Of a stretch of 64,000 nt of DNA, positions 40,146 to 54,646 are shown piece by piece (position 1 is the stretch's first letter; the number at the start of each line of letters is the position of its first letter). The translations under genes and the position numbers were made by a program. This DNA comes from Octopus vulgaris (taxonomy: Eukaryota). The notes under the pieces were generated by a model, which did no database searches, had not been told where the DNA came from, and worked only from the letters and a program-made list of their open reading frames with translations. The stretch is from the NCBI GenBank assembly GCA_951406725.2, contig OX597817.1:120094001-120158000 (forward strand), written 5' to 3'.

Positions 40146-43110
40146 AAATATGAAAAGTACTAATACCAAACTTTTTTTCTAAATCTTGGAGATAAGCTAT
40201 AGTTATTGTACCCAGATTCAATTTTTTTCTTATTTCTTCAAATCATACAACTTTATCTTATGCATCATTGCATGGATGTAACTTCAGACAAGTTGTAGAG
40301 GAAACAAGGCTCTGTGATGCAAATTATTTTCATGTTTGCATCACTGACTTCAAAAAAGTAACTAGTTCTAAAGATACTTATCCCTTTACAATGTCTAGCC
40401 AACTATGTTACTGTACTATCTTCTAATAGCTACATCAAAATAATATATTCTGCTAAAATTTGATGATATTCCATAGAGAAGTCTTTTTCAAGTTCTTCAT
40501 TTTCCATTGTCAGACCAGGCTCAACTTGAAATAATTTTAAATAAATGATATGTGACTAGATAGCTGATTGATTTTCTGAAGTCAGAGACTTGTTACTAAG
40601 TCATTTATTCAATAGAAAGAGGCTCAATATTTATGCTTCCTGATATAGCCATTAAAATTTCCAGCTATGATGACAATCTCAATGCCATCTGTCTTGCAAG
40701 TAATTTGAGTGGTGACCTCATAGAACTGGTATATTTGCCGATTCATTAATTAATTGTAATTGTGGAGTTTATGTAGAAACCACAGTGCTTATCACTATTC
40801 TACATTTCATATTTCTATCACATACTCAACAACTTGTCATTACTTAAAATATCATCAAAGCTTAAAATAATAACAATGGTGGCACTAATACAGAAAGAAA
40901 AGATAACAACTTTGTCTATTGTTATCTTATGCAAGGACACAGTATTCTGTGTAACATATTAAATGATTACATAATAACACTGTATTCATTAAATTACTTT
41001 ATATGGTAAACTTTTCATTGAAGTATTGGTAAAGGCTGTCTTGTGAGGAAATTTGATAGTTAAATTTTAAAGAAGAATTTAAAAGAATAATTTAAGGTAT
41101 TCATTAGATAATTGATCATTGAACAAAGCATGTATGTATCTAGTTTTGTAATTTCTCTGGACCATAATCTGATTATTAGAATGAAATAGCTATAATATTT
41201 ATGATAGATACTCCAGACAGTTTCTTTTATCTTTCAATAATCAAGATACGAAAGTATAATGTATGCAATATTTGATGATATCAATATATTGATTAATTGG
41301 TCCATCACTATCATTTCCTATCTGCATTTATGTTATACATTTTTCTATCATGCAAGTTGTACAGAGATAAGATAAAATATTTTTAATTTTCAAACAAACT
41401 AAATTTACACATGGAGCTAAAACAAATATTACTGAATCTTCATTTTCAATAATTTGACATTAGCTATTTAATACATCATATCATAGAATAATAACATTGA
41501 TATAGTCAGACACTCCTGCCAGCTAAATGTGGTTACTAAAACTCAACTTCAAATTATAAAAAGAAATACTCCAAAATAAGTATTTTATACATTTTATACA
41601 TATATATTGTATTTATTTTCTACAGTAAAGAATCTGAATCAGATTTTTCACTAGACTAAAACAATCCTAACCACAAATGTATAGAGCTGCATTTGGTGAG
41701 TTGTTTAAGAAGATACCAGAGCAGGATTGTTCCAATGATTGACCAAAGATAGAAATTTTAATAGTTTCTGAAGATATTTCCCGGCCATAATCGAGGCATC
41801 AATATTAGACACAAATATACACATACAAACCTGCATTGAACAACAAATATCAAATAAAAAAAATTTTCAAACACATGGCTATTAAAATTGACTGCATCTG
41901 AGGACATTTACTGACAGTTAGAAATCAAGGCTGTTAAGAGTGTTACAATGTATTTGCTAATGCTGTAAGTAGAAAAATTGTTAGTAGTGATGCTAATGCT
42001 ACTATAATCACAGTAATAATAATGATATTTATATTACTCTTACTGTGACTTCCAGTTACCCTACATTTTTAGTAACTTCAAATCTAGTCTCTCTCACTGC
42101 AACATTCCAGTGCAGTTGACGAAGTTGATGATATATGTATTAATAGCTTGCCAAAATACATTTAGCAGACTGAATTTCAATAAATTGTAAACATAGATTT
42201 AAGAGACACCCACTTAAAGACCAAAATAGATTAGTGGATTCTATCGTTAATGTAGAAACAGATAATAAATCCCAAAATTATAATTCTGTTACCTACTTAA
42301 ATGATTTCCTATATGCTTGCATACTCACAATAGTAGACTACGATAGATTAAACAAACAGTTTGTTGTTACAAAAGACAGAAAGTACTAACATAAAATAGA
42401 TAACTGGAAGATTTAATTAAAGACTGGAACACATATTCCCTGTAGGACAGCAAGTACAATAAACCAGCAGAAGGAAGTGTGTAACTCTTTTAGAAAAAAA
42501 CCCACAAAAATACTGTATGATGGATAAATAAACAATAAACAATGGATAAACATGACTGTAAACACGTTTGAAATAAAAAGAAATTATCTCCTCTAAATAA
42601 TAGATTAAAAAGGTATAGCATTCAAGAAAAACACTTTAAAAACTCTGCTTTTGAAAACAACCCACAAATTTTCTGTAGGACAATATACAGGAACAACATT
42701 GAAGTCGATAAGATACTCATTCTAGAAGTATTAGAAACCCATCGTTGAAAATGAAATTCAGTGTAACAAAACTGCAGGCTATAGGAGAATATAGCAATGA
42801 TAAAAACTGAAAAAAGAAAACAAAACATCTCCCCAAAGTATTATATCAAATTTAATGATTTGATGCTTGTTTTAAAGAGTATAAGAACTGAAAGTTTCGG
42901 CACTGACAACATTGAAAACTTGAGGTGTTTGTAAATTTACATGTTGCACTACCAGACATTGACCATCTTCAACAATTTCTTACACAATCTGGACCAAGTA
43001 CTCAGATTATTCCTTACCAATTTGACAACAATGATTATATCCTAGGTAATAAAAAAAAGGTAATAAAAATATAGGTAATAAAAATAGGTGATAAAATTAT
43101 ATATATATAT

Positions 43111-43608
43111 ATAGGCGCAGGAGTGGCTGTGTGGATAGGCACAGGAGTGGCTGTGTGGATAGGCGCAGGAGTGGCTGTGTGGATAGGCACAGGAGTGGCT
43201 GTGTGGATAGGCACAGGAGTGGCTGTGTGGTAAGTAGCTTGTTTACCAACCACATGGTTCCGGGTTCAGTCCCACTGCGAGGCACCTTGGGCAAGTGTCT
43301 TCTACTATAGCCTCGGGCCGACCAAAGCCTTGTGAGTGGATTTGGTAGACAGAAACTGAAAGAAGCCCGTCGTATATATGTATATATATATATATATATG
43401 CGTGTGTGTGTTTGTCCCCCTAGCATTGCTTGACAACCGATGCTGGTGTGTTTATGTCCCCGTCACTTAGCGGTTCGGCAAAAGAGACTGATAGAATAAG
43501 TATTGGGCTTACAAAAGAATAAGTCCCGGGGTCGAGTTGCTCGATTAAAGGCGATGCTCCAGCATGGCCGCAGTCAAATGACTGAAACAAGTAAAAGAGT
43601 AAAAGAGT
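43111..43608 (+). mobile_element. Young SINE, family A, with five tandem copies of its 24 bp 5' end
   Basis: ATAGGC(G/A)CAGGAGTGGCTGTGTGG x5 (43111-43230), then a normal body and GTAAAAGA tail. Confidence 0.93.
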
Positions 43609-46600
43609 ATATATAAATTATATATAAAATAATATATATATGGTTCAAAACTGTACGAAAACGAAAGGAATGAGGAAAGAAAACCTGGAGATAGGAAAAA
43701 AATGGAGAGAGAAAAATACTTGTATGGATTAACAGTTTCACTATACTTTCTCTCTGTCTGTCTGTCTCTCTCTCTCATTCACTCACTCACATACAATCCC
43801 TGACCTGGACATGCAAATCCAGCTTGAATGGAGTAGTAGAAGTAACAACACTCACAATATGAAAGTAGGCCATAAATACTAAATATATTGAAACAAATAT
43901 CTACAGCATCTATAATATAAAAGACAAATGTTGCATGTGTGGAGCATTTCCTGAGGCAGTAAACCACATTAATCAGCACTGGCTCTAATAAAATAGACTT
44001 GGATACCCAATTACATAACAAAGTTACTCAACATATGCTAACAACCAAATTTCTACTGCTTCAAGTAATGCTTTCCCACATAATGTGACATTACTGAGAG
44101 ACTTTAGCACACAAGCACACAACTAGATAGCAGATAATCCTGACAATTCTTCATGACAAATACGTATAACAATGGTGCTGATTAATAAATGTCATAAAAA
44201 AGTGAGCAGAAACTGTAAGAATTTGCACCAGCTTAGCTGATGAACTGGAAGCATTATGGCAGTTAAGTAATGTTCCTTGTAATTTATTTAGAATTAACAC
44301 AAATGAAGTTATACACAACCATCTAAGTAAATACAATGAAAATTACCTAAAAAGATAAACATATCAAGGTTCCATAAATAACCATATTACAATCTGTTAG
44401 TTGTTAGGTCACACAGCATTTGGTTAACCTTGGATATTTTGTTAAACATATTTGTTAATCCGCATTGATCATAAACATACTTATTAACAGTGAATTCTTT
44501 TGTGCATGTTTTTCATTGAACACTCAAATATTTTTTGTAGATATATCTCTATGCTTTGGTTAAATAGGTATAATACTAAAAATTCAAAATGTAAGGAAAA
44601 TTATATTTACGAAGTATACCTAAATCATCATTAAATTAGGTATTCTTTTTCTCTCTTATAGATTCTCAACTATGAAACTTCAGCTCAAAATACATTCACA
44701 AAAATAACCTCGCAAAAATACAGGTATAATAATATTGAATATCTTACCCTTATATTCTGAAACTAATGTATAATAAGAGGTTTCCATAAACCTAAATTCT
44801 CAACAAACCAAATCTAATATTTGGTTTCAGTTTGAACGTGACTGATTTCATAAATTAATCCCCTTAAAAACATTGTTTCTCCTTCTTTATAAACTTGAAG
44901 CTTTATACTTCAGATTTATAACGTAATAATGCACAACTTAGCTATAAAAAAAGTCAACTGAAGGAAAGGAAAACCTCTGGTGTAATATATTTAAGTAAAA
45001 ATATCTCACTTAGTAAAATCCAACATGGTTTGTAAATTTGATGTAGTATTTTACTTAACTATATAACTGAATGCAAGCATATTACAAATTAGATGTCTAA
45101 CTTGAATAAAATGTAATGGTCAGAATATATTTTATTAAAAATGTGCTTTTGAATCTTGATATTTCCATCTGCTTGCTCATTTAATATTTCAGTTACAAGC
45201 ACAAATACACAAACACATTCTAAGATGTGTCTATGAAAAGAAACTTCTCAAAAGCAATTGTATGATTTGTTAGGACATTAAAATGGTAAGAAAAAAATAA
45301 ACAACGGTATCCTTCAAGAATGATATAAAACATGAATTTATCCTAAAATATAGAATAGATAAAAAGGATTTACATGCTCTAAACCACTGATAAAATATGA
45401 CAATTTAAAACAGAAAATTGATATATTAACATGAAGCTGTATTATTGATAAAGAGAGGAATATATAAACCTAAAACTATTTCACAAAATTTTTTCTTAAA
45501 TTTTCAGATTTAAACTACATAAAAGAAAGTAATACGATTAATTTGAACATTACATTCCCTAATATTGTACAAATAGTGGAAAAGAAAAATTGTAAAAGTC
45601 AATTTTTTTATGAAACATGATTGTGAATGTTTTGAGAAAATTTAACGAAGACATTAGGTTGTTAGCAAACCGGTTATTTTGCTGCAAAAACTCAAATGTT
45701 TATCTAACATAAAAGAGAGATTGTCTAGAATATCAGTAGAATGTATATTAGCAATACTGGAATGATATAATACAATAGTATATTGTTCCATGGACTAGCA
45801 GTTTTAGGGATCCATAAATCTTCAAGTAATGTAACATATGTACCTTCAAGTTCAATGGCAGCAGACACATCTTCAAGCTCACATCTATTTTTCACAATAA
45901 TAACAGTAATAGAAATGCAAGTATAGAGAAAATGAATTGAAAAGAAGCCCTTTGTCTAAATTTCTTAACTGTTTGTATAAACATCTGCACATGTGAGAGA
46001 GAGTGGAGAGGGGGAAGAAGATAGAAGTAAAGAGAAAGAGAGAAAAAATAGAAAAAGAAAAAATATATAATGTATTCCTTACATTGAAAATTTTGATCAT
46101 GTTCATCAGATACAACACTACCCTGAATTGAATGATAATGTTTTAAGCTCATTAAGAATGTAAATCTATTTCCAGAGAGAAAAGAAATTGAAATGCAAGG
46201 AACAATCTAGGCGATACTGCTGATTATATGTGAACATAGATTCTTTATTTTGTTATTGGAAGTTTTGTAAACAAATAAATAAGTAAATAATAGAAAATTA
46301 CTCTTGCAATTAATTGTATTCTTCAAGCTAAATTTATTGCATTAAAAACTACTTTTATTTCTATTTGATATGCAATGCAGTGTATATAAAACAAAATTCT
46401 TTTTGTTACTCTTGCATTTTGTAAAGTTTATGTATCTATCTTTAAGACAAACTAAAATAGTGATTAATTTATACAAGAGAATATGTCAGTCTTTCTTTTA
46501 GTGAACTAGATTTCACATTTTGTTTTATATGTTACGTGTAAGTTTAATTATTCTATTAATAAGAACTACATGAAATATTACTGTGATAGTTGAGATACAT

Positions 46601-48764
46601 AAGAGAGAGCTATGATTTCTAAATATGTAGGTAACATACAGTATGATGTGTTTCATCCAAATTTACATTATCAATAAAATAATTGTTTACTGGGGAGAGG
46701 GGCATTTATTTTATAAGCTAAAATATCTAATAAAAGAATTAACCAAAATAATTTTAATTTTAAATTTTATGAATGGGTTTCAGAGGACTTCAGCTCCTTT
46801 GAAATGTCAAAACCTTATTCAAATATGAACTATCAAATGTAGTTCACAGAATCATAAAAAAGAAGAAGGAAATATATTTGTCAGACAAAATAACTCATTT
46901 ACGTGGAATTTATCAAGTAATATGGCTTTTAAAAATAATTGGTTGATCACATTCATGATACCTGATTAGTAAATAACAGCCACAACATAATTTAGTATAT
47001 ACCTGATGTGTATTTGTTGTTTCTTCAAAAGCAAGTCACAAGATAGGATTTGAAATATAAGATACATTTCAAATCATAAGCTACACAACATTCAGAGTTC
47101 TCATTGAACATAGTTACAATTGCTTTACAATTTTATTCTTAAGTTGTTCATTTCTAATAAAATTTATTCAACAAATGACAAGAGATTGAGGTAATTCTTT
47201 TAATAAAATGAAGGAACAGAATAGAATGTAAAGTAAAGGAGAGAAGAGATTTGCTTTGTTATAATCAAACATGATTTTTTATATTAACTATATAAATTAC
47301 ATATTATTACAAATCATACATGTTCCAACAACAGAAATATCTTTTTATATTATTTAATTTCAAAAGACTTAGTTAGTAAAATAAATATTTCTCATATTTG
47401 TACTCAAATATCAACATAATAAAATTAAATTGATCATTTTGGTCATCTGTAAAAACTATTTTATTAATCCAATGAAACTGCAACAAACAACAAACATAAG
47501 GTCATTATATAAATCTGTTTTATGTCAATGTATTTATATTTGTGTGAATATGCATTTATTTGCTAATAAATATGCACATGAGAATGTTTTTATATTCACT
47601 ATGTTCACACGTGTATGTATATGTGTATAAGAATGCATGTTTGTATAATTAAAATCTTATCACTATTCGACATTTGCATATATTATTATACACAAACATC
47701 TTTTAATATATATATATACATATATATATATATAAGACACACAACTCAATGTGAAACACATATATACACGCATGCACTCACACATTCACACATTAATGCA
47801 TAAGTAAGTTCCTATAATTAGATATAAGTACATTAAAATTTACTCACACACAAACACAGAAAAGCAGAATATTTAATTTCATTGATTCTACAACAAAGAG
47901 AATTCATTCTTTTATCTTTTATTCTCTATGAGTGCAACAAAGAAATTTTAAATTGTATTTGCAATGAATAAACAAATATGTAAGCAAGCAAGGAAATAAA
48001 TAAAAAGGTAAAATTAATTAGAGTTAAGTGTTTCAACAGACAGCAGCTTTTATCCAAAAGTAGAACAATACAATAACAGTGAGGCATTATGTATTATTTG
48101 GAAACTCTGGAAAGACCCGATTCTTTGTAAGTCAAAATCAAGAAAATATACCAACACAATATATGTGAGTAGGTAGATACTTAAAATTACACACAATCAC
48201 AAACATATCTCCTATACAGTGCTCAAGCTTTTGCTATACAACAATGTTGGACACAACTACTTCACATATATTCAGGAAGTTTTTTTTTAACATCATTGGA
48301 TAGTCAAGCCCAAAATGTAGCAAGATATATGCATGAATATAGCACTGACCTAGAAACAATTTAAAATTCAGCAAGGGCTGAATATTTTCTGCCAAATAAC
48401 ACTATGTAAGCCATTATCACATCCAGCAGACTAAACCAAATAACAAGCTAGAGCAAAAGCAGAATTTTTTTAATTTTCAGCTATCATAAAATTTGCCTTG
48501 GTTGGGAATATCTGCTATAGAAAAAAAATCCCAAAGAGAAGACTCACATTAACACAAATTTTGATGTTAAAAATATAGGCTCTTAGACTACTTATTCAAA
48601 TAATTTTAAATATTCAAATAATTTTAAATTAAGGAAATAATAATTAAATTGTTGCGAGTTGAAATATAGAATCTTTCTGATCCTCATCTTTGACAACTTC
48701 AAAAATTAAACACTGGTTTATCCATGATCTCAGTAATAAATTTTGTAATACATATTTAATGCAT

Positions 48765-49165
48765 TATCATCATCATAGTTATCTTTTTAACAACTGTTTT
48801 ACCCAGCTTGTATGGAGTGGATGAACCAACACAGTATCCTCTCAATTGTTGCATTCCTTTGTCATTTCCTATGTGAAATCCAGATTCCTGAGATCAACTT
48901 TCAACACATCTGCCTATGTCTTCTTTGGCCTTCCTCTTCCTTTGGATCTTTCCACACAAATCTTGCATGTCCTTACCAGAATATTTATTCCTCTTATACC
49001 TAATTCTTCTCTCACTTCCTCTAAGCCTCATCATCCAAAACATTTTAATCTAGAAAATCATGCTCACCTTTTTTCTTTCTAACTTCCATATATGCATTAC
49101 ATTCTATGCCCACATCTCACTACCATGCAGCATTGAGTTCATACACATGCATCATACAAATCATA
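48765..49165 (-). mobile_element. Decayed RTE LINE 3' end
   Basis: Antisense LYDACV...MLHGSEMWA and KGRGRPKKT*ADVLKVDL, ending in a (GAT)n tail. Confidence 0.7.
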
Positions 49166-52100
49166 GAATCTATAAATAAATATGTGATAATGAGGTAAAG
49201 TAACATTAATAATAGTCAATGATGATTATTTTTGTTCTCAGCAAGTATGGATGAAAAACTTCAGGCCAGTTTTGATCTTATTTAAAACCTCCACGACAAA
49301 GCAAAACCGTCAACATACCAAAATAGTGATAATGTAAAACAAAAGAATTGTGTACTAGTTTCATATATCAAAATAAAATTTTTCAGATAATAAACCAAAA
49401 TTGTTTAGAAATTAATAATTCTTACTACTCTAGGCACAAGTCTGAAATTTTAGTGGGTGGGGGAATTAGTTAATTGCATCGACATCTGAGGCAAAGATTA
49501 TTACACAAACTTCAAATAAAATTATCAACAAAAAGAATGTGAAATAATAGTCATAATGATATTTATGTCAGGAAGTAAAATTAAAATTAACTCATATCCA
49601 TAAACACATATGTGTGAAGATCAATAGTCAAGAAGACATAATTTCTGAGTCATATGTGAGCTTACATCAAATTATTTCAGTTGTTTGGGAATTCAATTTT
49701 ATGTTAACATTTGTAAATGGTAGATATCACTATGTTATAGCTGATACTTAATGTTGAGAGAATTTATGATTGTCATGGTAATAATCTGTCATGCCAGGCA
49801 TCTGCATAGCTAGTTAATATGAATGTGAGGAAATGCAAGCAAGATCTAAAATATGGCACAAGTGACTGCTTATTTTGTGTTCTCTAAGCAAAACCCCTCA
49901 GTTCTAAGACCTAATACCACAATATTTTTTTCACATTTTTCATTGCTAAGATTACATAAATCATAAAAAAAACGTTTAAGTCCACAGTTTAAGTCCAATG
50001 CTTTACACAATATTTACACTTCAGTTATTTTATACTTTTAATATAAAAAACGATTTTATATGCTTTTGTAGGGGGCAGGGTGATATTAACCTTATCAGGA
50101 ACCCTGTTAACTATGAGACCATTTTATTGGTTATTAGGAATGCCATCAAAGTCTCATTCATAATTTTTTTGTGATGATGATGATGATGATATGTGAAGTC
50201 AAGGAAAGAGATCTAATAGTAATTTAATATCTATTCAGCTTCCTATCTTTATACATCAGAGCATGTCCACAGTAGAGCAACATACATTTTCATAATTTTC
50301 TTCCATATCCATCTTATTTCCTACTGTCCATCCTTTTGAAACTTCACATTAACCACATCAGTCTTATATTTCTCTGCACTCCAAATTGATGCGTGTGTTC
50401 TTTCTTGCATGCAATAAACAGTGCTTTTACTTCATAGACTAATAATAAAACAAAACTCATATTTAGCTAGCTTGTCTCTATAACAGTTAAAATTTACCAA
50501 CAGCAGTAATCTCTCGGGAATCAGTGGGATATTAATAAATGAGGGGAAATGGCATTAGGTACTTTTAAATTATGTACTTTTAAAGTATGTACTTTTAGAT
50601 GCTTTTGATACAATGAACTTCTATAACAGAAGACATTCTACACTAGTTTTCATACAATATTACTTTCTGGACTATTCTATAGTTACTAGTATAACTTCAT
50701 CATTATTTGAATGGATATAAAAATACATACATTATTATATTAATATAAACTCATAAGCATTATCTGCCTATAGTTATCTTACACTATATTACTTTCCTTT
50801 TTCCCCAAAATTCATATATTCTATGTAACTCCATTTTCACACATCATTTCATTGGATGAGAGTGAATAGAAAGTTATTTCAATTTCTTTTTCTTTGAAAT
50901 GAAAAGGGAAGTAGCTTTTAAAGCAATTACAACATAAAAATAAATCTAATATACCAAAGGGCAGAGGTAACACATTTAGCATGGGGAAATTAAAAACACA
51001 TTTATTCACTGGCAAACTGGTTGGCACAAGTAACGATATTTAACCACAAAAACTGCTAACAAATCAAATATTTATCCAACCCATACTAGCTTGTAAAACA
51101 TATTGAACTAATAGAAAACGGAAATGGTTGAGAGCAAATACAATTTTTTTTGTTTATTGTAAGAGTACATCATATTTTATTGAGATTGTTATTTCTATAT
51201 TTTACACTGCTTATTTAGCAATAGGCTGCTTTTAAAATTACTATTTACACATGGTTAACAAATATATACTTTTGCTCCTAAATCACAAATGTACACTCAT
51301 ACATGCACACTTAACTCCACAGAAATTTATATAAAGAATTAGATGTCTCATGAAGATAAAAATAATGTTTTACCAGAAGGAGAAAAAGGCAGACAGATAA
51401 ACATACATAGGAAATGAGAGAAAAATTCATAGAAAGAGAGTGAGAGAGTATGTGCAAAGTAATTCAATATACCCAAGGAAATCAATAAGTCTTAAATGTT
51501 ATCTTTATTCACGAATATACACATAAAGCTTACACACACACACACACACACACACAATATTTTCTCAAAACCCTATCAAAAACAGGATTTTATATTTAAG
51601 ATATACTTTATATATAATATTGCTAATTATAATGCTTTCAGAATTTAAATATAAATATTATCATTTTATTAGTAACAGTAGATTTGCTTGAGCTTCACTC
51701 CCAACAATACTCTTATTAGTCCCTCAGAATATCCTTTAACTGCAGTTGGGCCTAAGAAATTAAAATTAGAGCCTTTTTATTATATTGTGAATGAGCACAT
51801 CTCACCAGCATAGTTTCCTTTGTGCTAAGATCTATAGAGCCAACAGGATAGTCAGCAATGTCATAAAGACTTTATACTTAATTGTTTCAAATTCAGAAAT
51901 TATAATTCAAATAAATGGCTGCATAGAAACCTGTTGGAAAATTGTGCTTACCAAATAAAACAAGATAGGAGCAAAAGAAAATAAGAACTGTTCAAGTCAT
52001 AGTTTTTGGCTTTCCTTTCTCTTCCTTTAACAATCTAATTATTTATCTTTATAATTGTTTCAGCTGAGTAAGGCTAAAAACTATTATCATCACAATTTTT

Positions 52101-52970
52101 TAATATATTAAACATAGCAAGTATCGTTTTTGTCAATATATTAAAAAATGCTAAGATTAAGACTACTGATTATATTATGTATGTCTATAAAATCAAAAAC
52201 ATATATTCAAATATAAAGATGCATTGCAATTGTTGAACATTTCCATATATTTAGCACTCACTAAAAATAGACAAGCCACACATATTATATATTGTTAGAA
52301 CCAAATGCACTCTGATTATATATAATACATGAATATATCATTAAAAACTCATAAGACAGAGCACAACCAGTACAACGCATAATCACAAATTCATAGTTTG
52401 AATATAATACATCAGAATGAAAAACCTCTTAATATGAACCTACAAACTAGCAAATAGGAAAACTTCAGATAAGCAATGCAATATACAAATGTAACCATGA
52501 CACTTTATAATTTAAACTGTTACATCAGTTATGACATCAGGTAAGACATTTTCTCACCAGTAGACCATTCACAACAAAGAGCCTTTGTAATTCCTTATAA
52601 GGTAGTAAACAAAGTGAAATTGGATTGAGAAACATAAGTTGAAACTATGCATGTCATTTATTAATGCCATGTCAATACTTTTCTGAGAAAAAGAAGGTGC
52701 ACAATATGAGCATTTAATGATCAGAATTCACAGTGACTGCATATTTGTTCTCACTAAAAAATATGTTTATCACACTAAAATTTGCTACAGAACTCCACAC
52801 TGTTACACATTCAGTGAAGTTGCCAATCATAAAGTTATTGTGAATTGCCGACTGATCAATAAGGGATGATTAGCTAGCTTATTAATATGCAATCAGGCAG
52901 ATAAAAATGTACTGAGGTGTTCTTTTTTCCAGCAATTATCTCTAGCTTTCCCAATCATCTATTGCACAGT

Positions 52971-53392
52971 AGGTACAGGCATGGCTGCATGGTTAAGAAA
53001 TTTGCTTCTCAACAACAATACTTTAGATTCAGTCTTCAACAATAGCCCAGAGCTGTCCAAAGCCTTATTAGTGGATTTGGGAGCTAGAAACTAACATATG
53101 TGCATGTGTGTGTGTGTGTGCGCACACACATGCATACATATGTATATGAGTGTGTGTAGGTTTGTATTTCTTCATCTTGACAGCATATGATAATTGTTAA
53201 TGCGTGTCGCTGTCATAAAAATACAGTCATTCATTTTCAGTATTCTACACAAACATATCTGTCAATGAAGAAATATTACCTTACTTGGAAGTAGGTGAAG
53301 GTTGGAAACAGGAAGGGCTTCCAACATTAGAAGATCTGTTTCAATAAACTCCAACCAAGCATGATAAAGTAAATGATAAAGATGATAACAAT
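52971..53392 (+). mobile_element. Degenerate SINE with family A-like head and RTE-like tail
   Basis: ggcatggctgcatggttaagaa head, (TG)n, then ggttggaaacaggaagggcttcca...aagcatg...gatgat tail. Confidence 0.65.
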
Positions 53393-53662
53393 CATAACCT
53401 GATTGTGACAAAAATTCAATATGTTTCACACACTTTGATCTGAAATGCCTCATGCAGTACCATGCCTCTATTGTAATCTGAAAGCCTTCACACCCCTGCT
53501 TTTCCTTTTTCAATACAGATTAAGCTCTCTTCTCTATGATAGTCCATATTAACATGCAAAGAAAAGTAAATTGTATTTGTTCACAGTTTTACACAGTCTC
53601 AGTTAAATCAATTATTGTTTTAATAGAGAGACATATATATATCCTATAATATTTTCAACTTA

Positions 53663-53822
53663 AGGCAGCAAGCTGGCAGAAACGTTAGGACATCAGGCGA
53701 AATACTTTGTAGTATTTCATCTACCTTTACGTTCTGAGTTCAAATTCCGCCAACGTCAACTCTGCCTTTCATGCTTTCGGGGTCGATAAAGTAAGTACCA
53801 GTTGTGTACTGAGCTCAATCTA
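53663..53822 (+). mobile_element. SINE, family B (3'-truncated)
   Basis: Collinear with 39913-40080 (gttctgagttcaaattccgc, gcctttcat, taagtaccagtt). Confidence 0.85.
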
Positions 53823-54153
53823 ATCTAATTTGAAACATCCTATGTGAACAAAAAATTATTGCTCACACTTACGGTATTTTCTGGCATACATATCAAATTT
53901 AACATACCAAAATTTGCAGACAGCAAAAAGCAGGTTAACTTAATACACCTAGATTACTTTCAAGTACCAAAAATTCCATGAAAAATGCAGCAGGATTTGG
54001 ACAAGTTGAGACAGTGCATGAAAGTTTACACTCTGCTACATTGATTTGTATGCCAGAAATACTATTTTGGCAATATGAAGCCAATGGTAATAACTTTGGA
54101 TGTGTGAATCAATTGCATAAATGTGTGTATACACACACACACACACACACTAA

Positions 54154-54613
54154 TACTCTTTTCCTCATTTACTTGTTTCAGTCATTTGACAGTGGCCATG
54201 TTTGAGCACCGCCTTTAGTTGAGCAGATCGACCCCAGGATTTATTCTTTGTAAGCCTAGTAATTATTCTATCAATCTCTTTTGCCAAACCACTAGGTTAC
54301 AGGGACATAAGCACACCATCATCAGCTGTCAAGCAATGGAGGGGGGACAGACATAGATGCACAAACATATATATATATATATATATATACGACAGGCTTC
54401 TTTCAGTTTCTGCCTACCAATAAAATTGATCTCAGGACCTCATTCTTTGAGCCAGGTACTTATTCTACCGGTCTCTTTAGATACAGGGACATAAACATGC
54501 CAACACCAGTTGCCAAACAGTGGAGGGGACAAACACAAACATTAAGACACACACACATAGATATATACATATATACATACACACACACACACACACACAT
54601 ATACATGTGCGTG

Positions 54614-54640
<27 letters not shown>
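54154..54640 (-). mobile_element. Family A SINE 3' half plus a second partial copy
   Basis: ttacttgtttcagtcatttgac...ggcttctttcagtttctgcctaccaa, then a restart at ~54425 (tacttattcta...cagggacataaaca...ggggacaaacac). Confidence 0.8.

Positions 54641-54646
<6 letters not shown>

Noticed and set aside
41625-41695. Plus-strand coding exon (ttttctacag...tg|gtgagt)
   Set aside because: Good splice-like signals, but stops in all three frames and no supporting neighbouring exons.
43111-43230. CRISPR-like array
   Set aside because: Head-to-tail repeats without spacers, identical to a SINE 5' end, in a eukaryotic context.
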